64,000 nt of DNA from an uncultured Lachnoclostridium sp. (GTDB lineage Bacteria > Bacillota > Clostridia > Lachnospirales > Lachnospiraceae), in NCBI GenBank assembly GCA_930986645.1, contig CAKNJS010000003.1, positions 52,635 through 116,634 of the forward strand, in the 5' to 3' direction. Positions 62,943 through 64,000 of the stretch are shown here, one piece after another; position 1 is the first letter of the stretch; each line of letters starts with the position of its first letter. Both the position numbers and the translations under genes were made by a program. The notes under the pieces are model-generated. The model worked only from the letters and a program-made list of their open reading frames with translations, did not search any database and was not told where the DNA came from.

Positions 62943-64000
62943 CTAGCCTGCAAATTTGCTCCAGTATCCCTGTATGAACAGGAAGATTACGATCAGGGGT
63001 ACGATGAATGTTACGTAGGGTCTTACCCATTTCGGGAATTTCGGACCTTCTCCTGTATTTGCCTCGGCAAGGAAGTTTTTCCACCCCCATCCGTAACGTG
63101 TGGTACAGAAGAGTACATATATAAGGCTTCCAAGAGGCAGAAGGTTGTTGCTTACGATAAAGTCTTCCAGATCAAGGATCGCCGATCCTTCTCCGAACGG
63201 TGCAAATCCGCTCAATACGTTATAGCCGAGTACGCATGGCATGGAGAGAAGCAGGATTGCCACAAGGTTGACTGCTACCGCTTTTCCTCTGGTGCATCCG
63301 GTCAGATCCATTGCAAATGCAATGATGTTCTCGAACACGGCAATGATCGTGGATGCTGACGCGAAAAACATGCAGAGGAAGAAGATTGCTCCCCAGAGTC
63401 TTCCGCCTGCCATGGAGTTAAAGATATTCGGCAGGGTGATGAAGATCAGGTTCGGACCGCTGTCCGGATTTACCCCGAAAGCAAAGCTGGCCGGGAAGAT
63501 GATCAGTCCTGATATCAGGGCAACACATGTATCGAGCACTGTGATCGCCACTGCCTCACCGGCAAGTCTTCTCTTTTTGTCGATATAGCTTCCGAAGATT
63601 GCCATCGCACCGATTCCAAGGCTCAGTGTGAAGAATGACTGGTTCATGGCCGCTGATACGACTTCCAGTATTCCCGCCTCTTTCATCTTACCGAAATCCG
63701 GCAGAAGATAAAATTCAAGTCCTGCCCCTGCGCCCGGCAGTAAGATAGACCGGATTGCAAGGATGATCAGAAGAATGAACAGGAGCACCATCATGATCTT
63801 GGTAATTCCTTCCACGCCTTTCTGAAGACCAAGGCTTACAATTCCAAAACACATGATCACTACAATTGCCATACACACAGTCATAAGGACCGGCTGACCC
63901 ATCAGGTCGCCGAACGCCCCCTCAATCTGTGACGCATCCATGCCCTCGAAGCTGCCCGCTCCCATCTTAAACAGGTAAATCAGCAGCCAGCCGCCAATTG
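62943..64000 (-). CDS. Sodium-dependent (NSS/SLC6) transporter, 5' end outside window
   Basis: GLQKGVE, QSFFTLSLG, FGSY, GPNLIFITLP, SNNLLPLG. Confidence 0.9.
   Translation of the reverse strand, partial: IGGWLLIYLFKMGAGSFEGMDASQIEGAFGDLMGQPVLMTVCMAIVVIMCFGIVSLGLQKGVEGITKIMMVLLFILLIILAIRSILLPGAGAGLEFYLLPDFGKMKEAGILEVVSAAMNQSFFTLSLGIGAMAIFGSYIDKKRRLAGEAVAITVLDTCVALISGLIIFPASFAFGVNPDSGPNLIFITLPNIFNSMAGGRLWGAIFFLCMFFASASTIIAVFENIIAFAMDLTGCTRGKAVAVNLVAILLLSMPCVLGYNVLSGFAPFGEGSAILDLEDFIVSNNLLPLGSLIYVLFCTTRYGWGWKNFLAEANTGEGPKFPKWVRPYVTFIVPLIVIFLFIQGYWSKFAG

Noticed and set aside
62694-62977. Short + strand ORFs near 62.7-63.0 kb
   Set aside because: Translations of the repeat element and terminator; they share the LDSALCAPSR peptide with the 10.1-kb ORF only because of the DNA repeat

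Overview
Chromosomal, housekeeping-dominated 64-kb window from a Clostridia/Bacillota genome. Gene content and order (DUF4317, DUF5688, His-less HPr-like protein, SigK lacking a pro-sequence, dprA-topA-codY, xQTG sortase signals) suggest a Lachnospiraceae member; this is inference. Most genes are on the - strand. They include ruvX-ireB-mtaB, thiI/cysteine desulfurase/rsmE/prmA linked to a Moco cluster (moaC-mog-moaA-MOSC), two MarR-controlled efflux loci, pflB-pflA, nfo, a YtrA-type GntR-ABC operon, tRNA-Arg(CCG), a DUF5688 plus pilin/VaFE adhesin pair, efp, CM-aroK, guaB, groESL with CIRCE, codY-topA-dprA-comM, sigK, pckA, thrC, leuCD, asd, argH, queH, a YtlCD-like ABC pair and a cell-wall-anchored GH53. 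I see no CRISPR array, prophage, integrase, transposase or recognisable defence system. The most unusual signals lie between genes. (1) A modular, nested mini-hairpin repeat family occurs at ~9.9-10.35 kb and again at ~62.8 kb (33/34-bp shared core), both times beside a terminator containing GCAAGC. (2) A ~235-bp REPIN-like fold-back sits between pflB and pflA. (3) An orphan MerR-type 19-bp-spacer promoter precedes a headless membrane-protein remnant. (4) An ICE-like DUF5688/adhesin pair has a promoter bracketed by inverted repeats. All family calls come from motif recognition by eye; no database searches were run.
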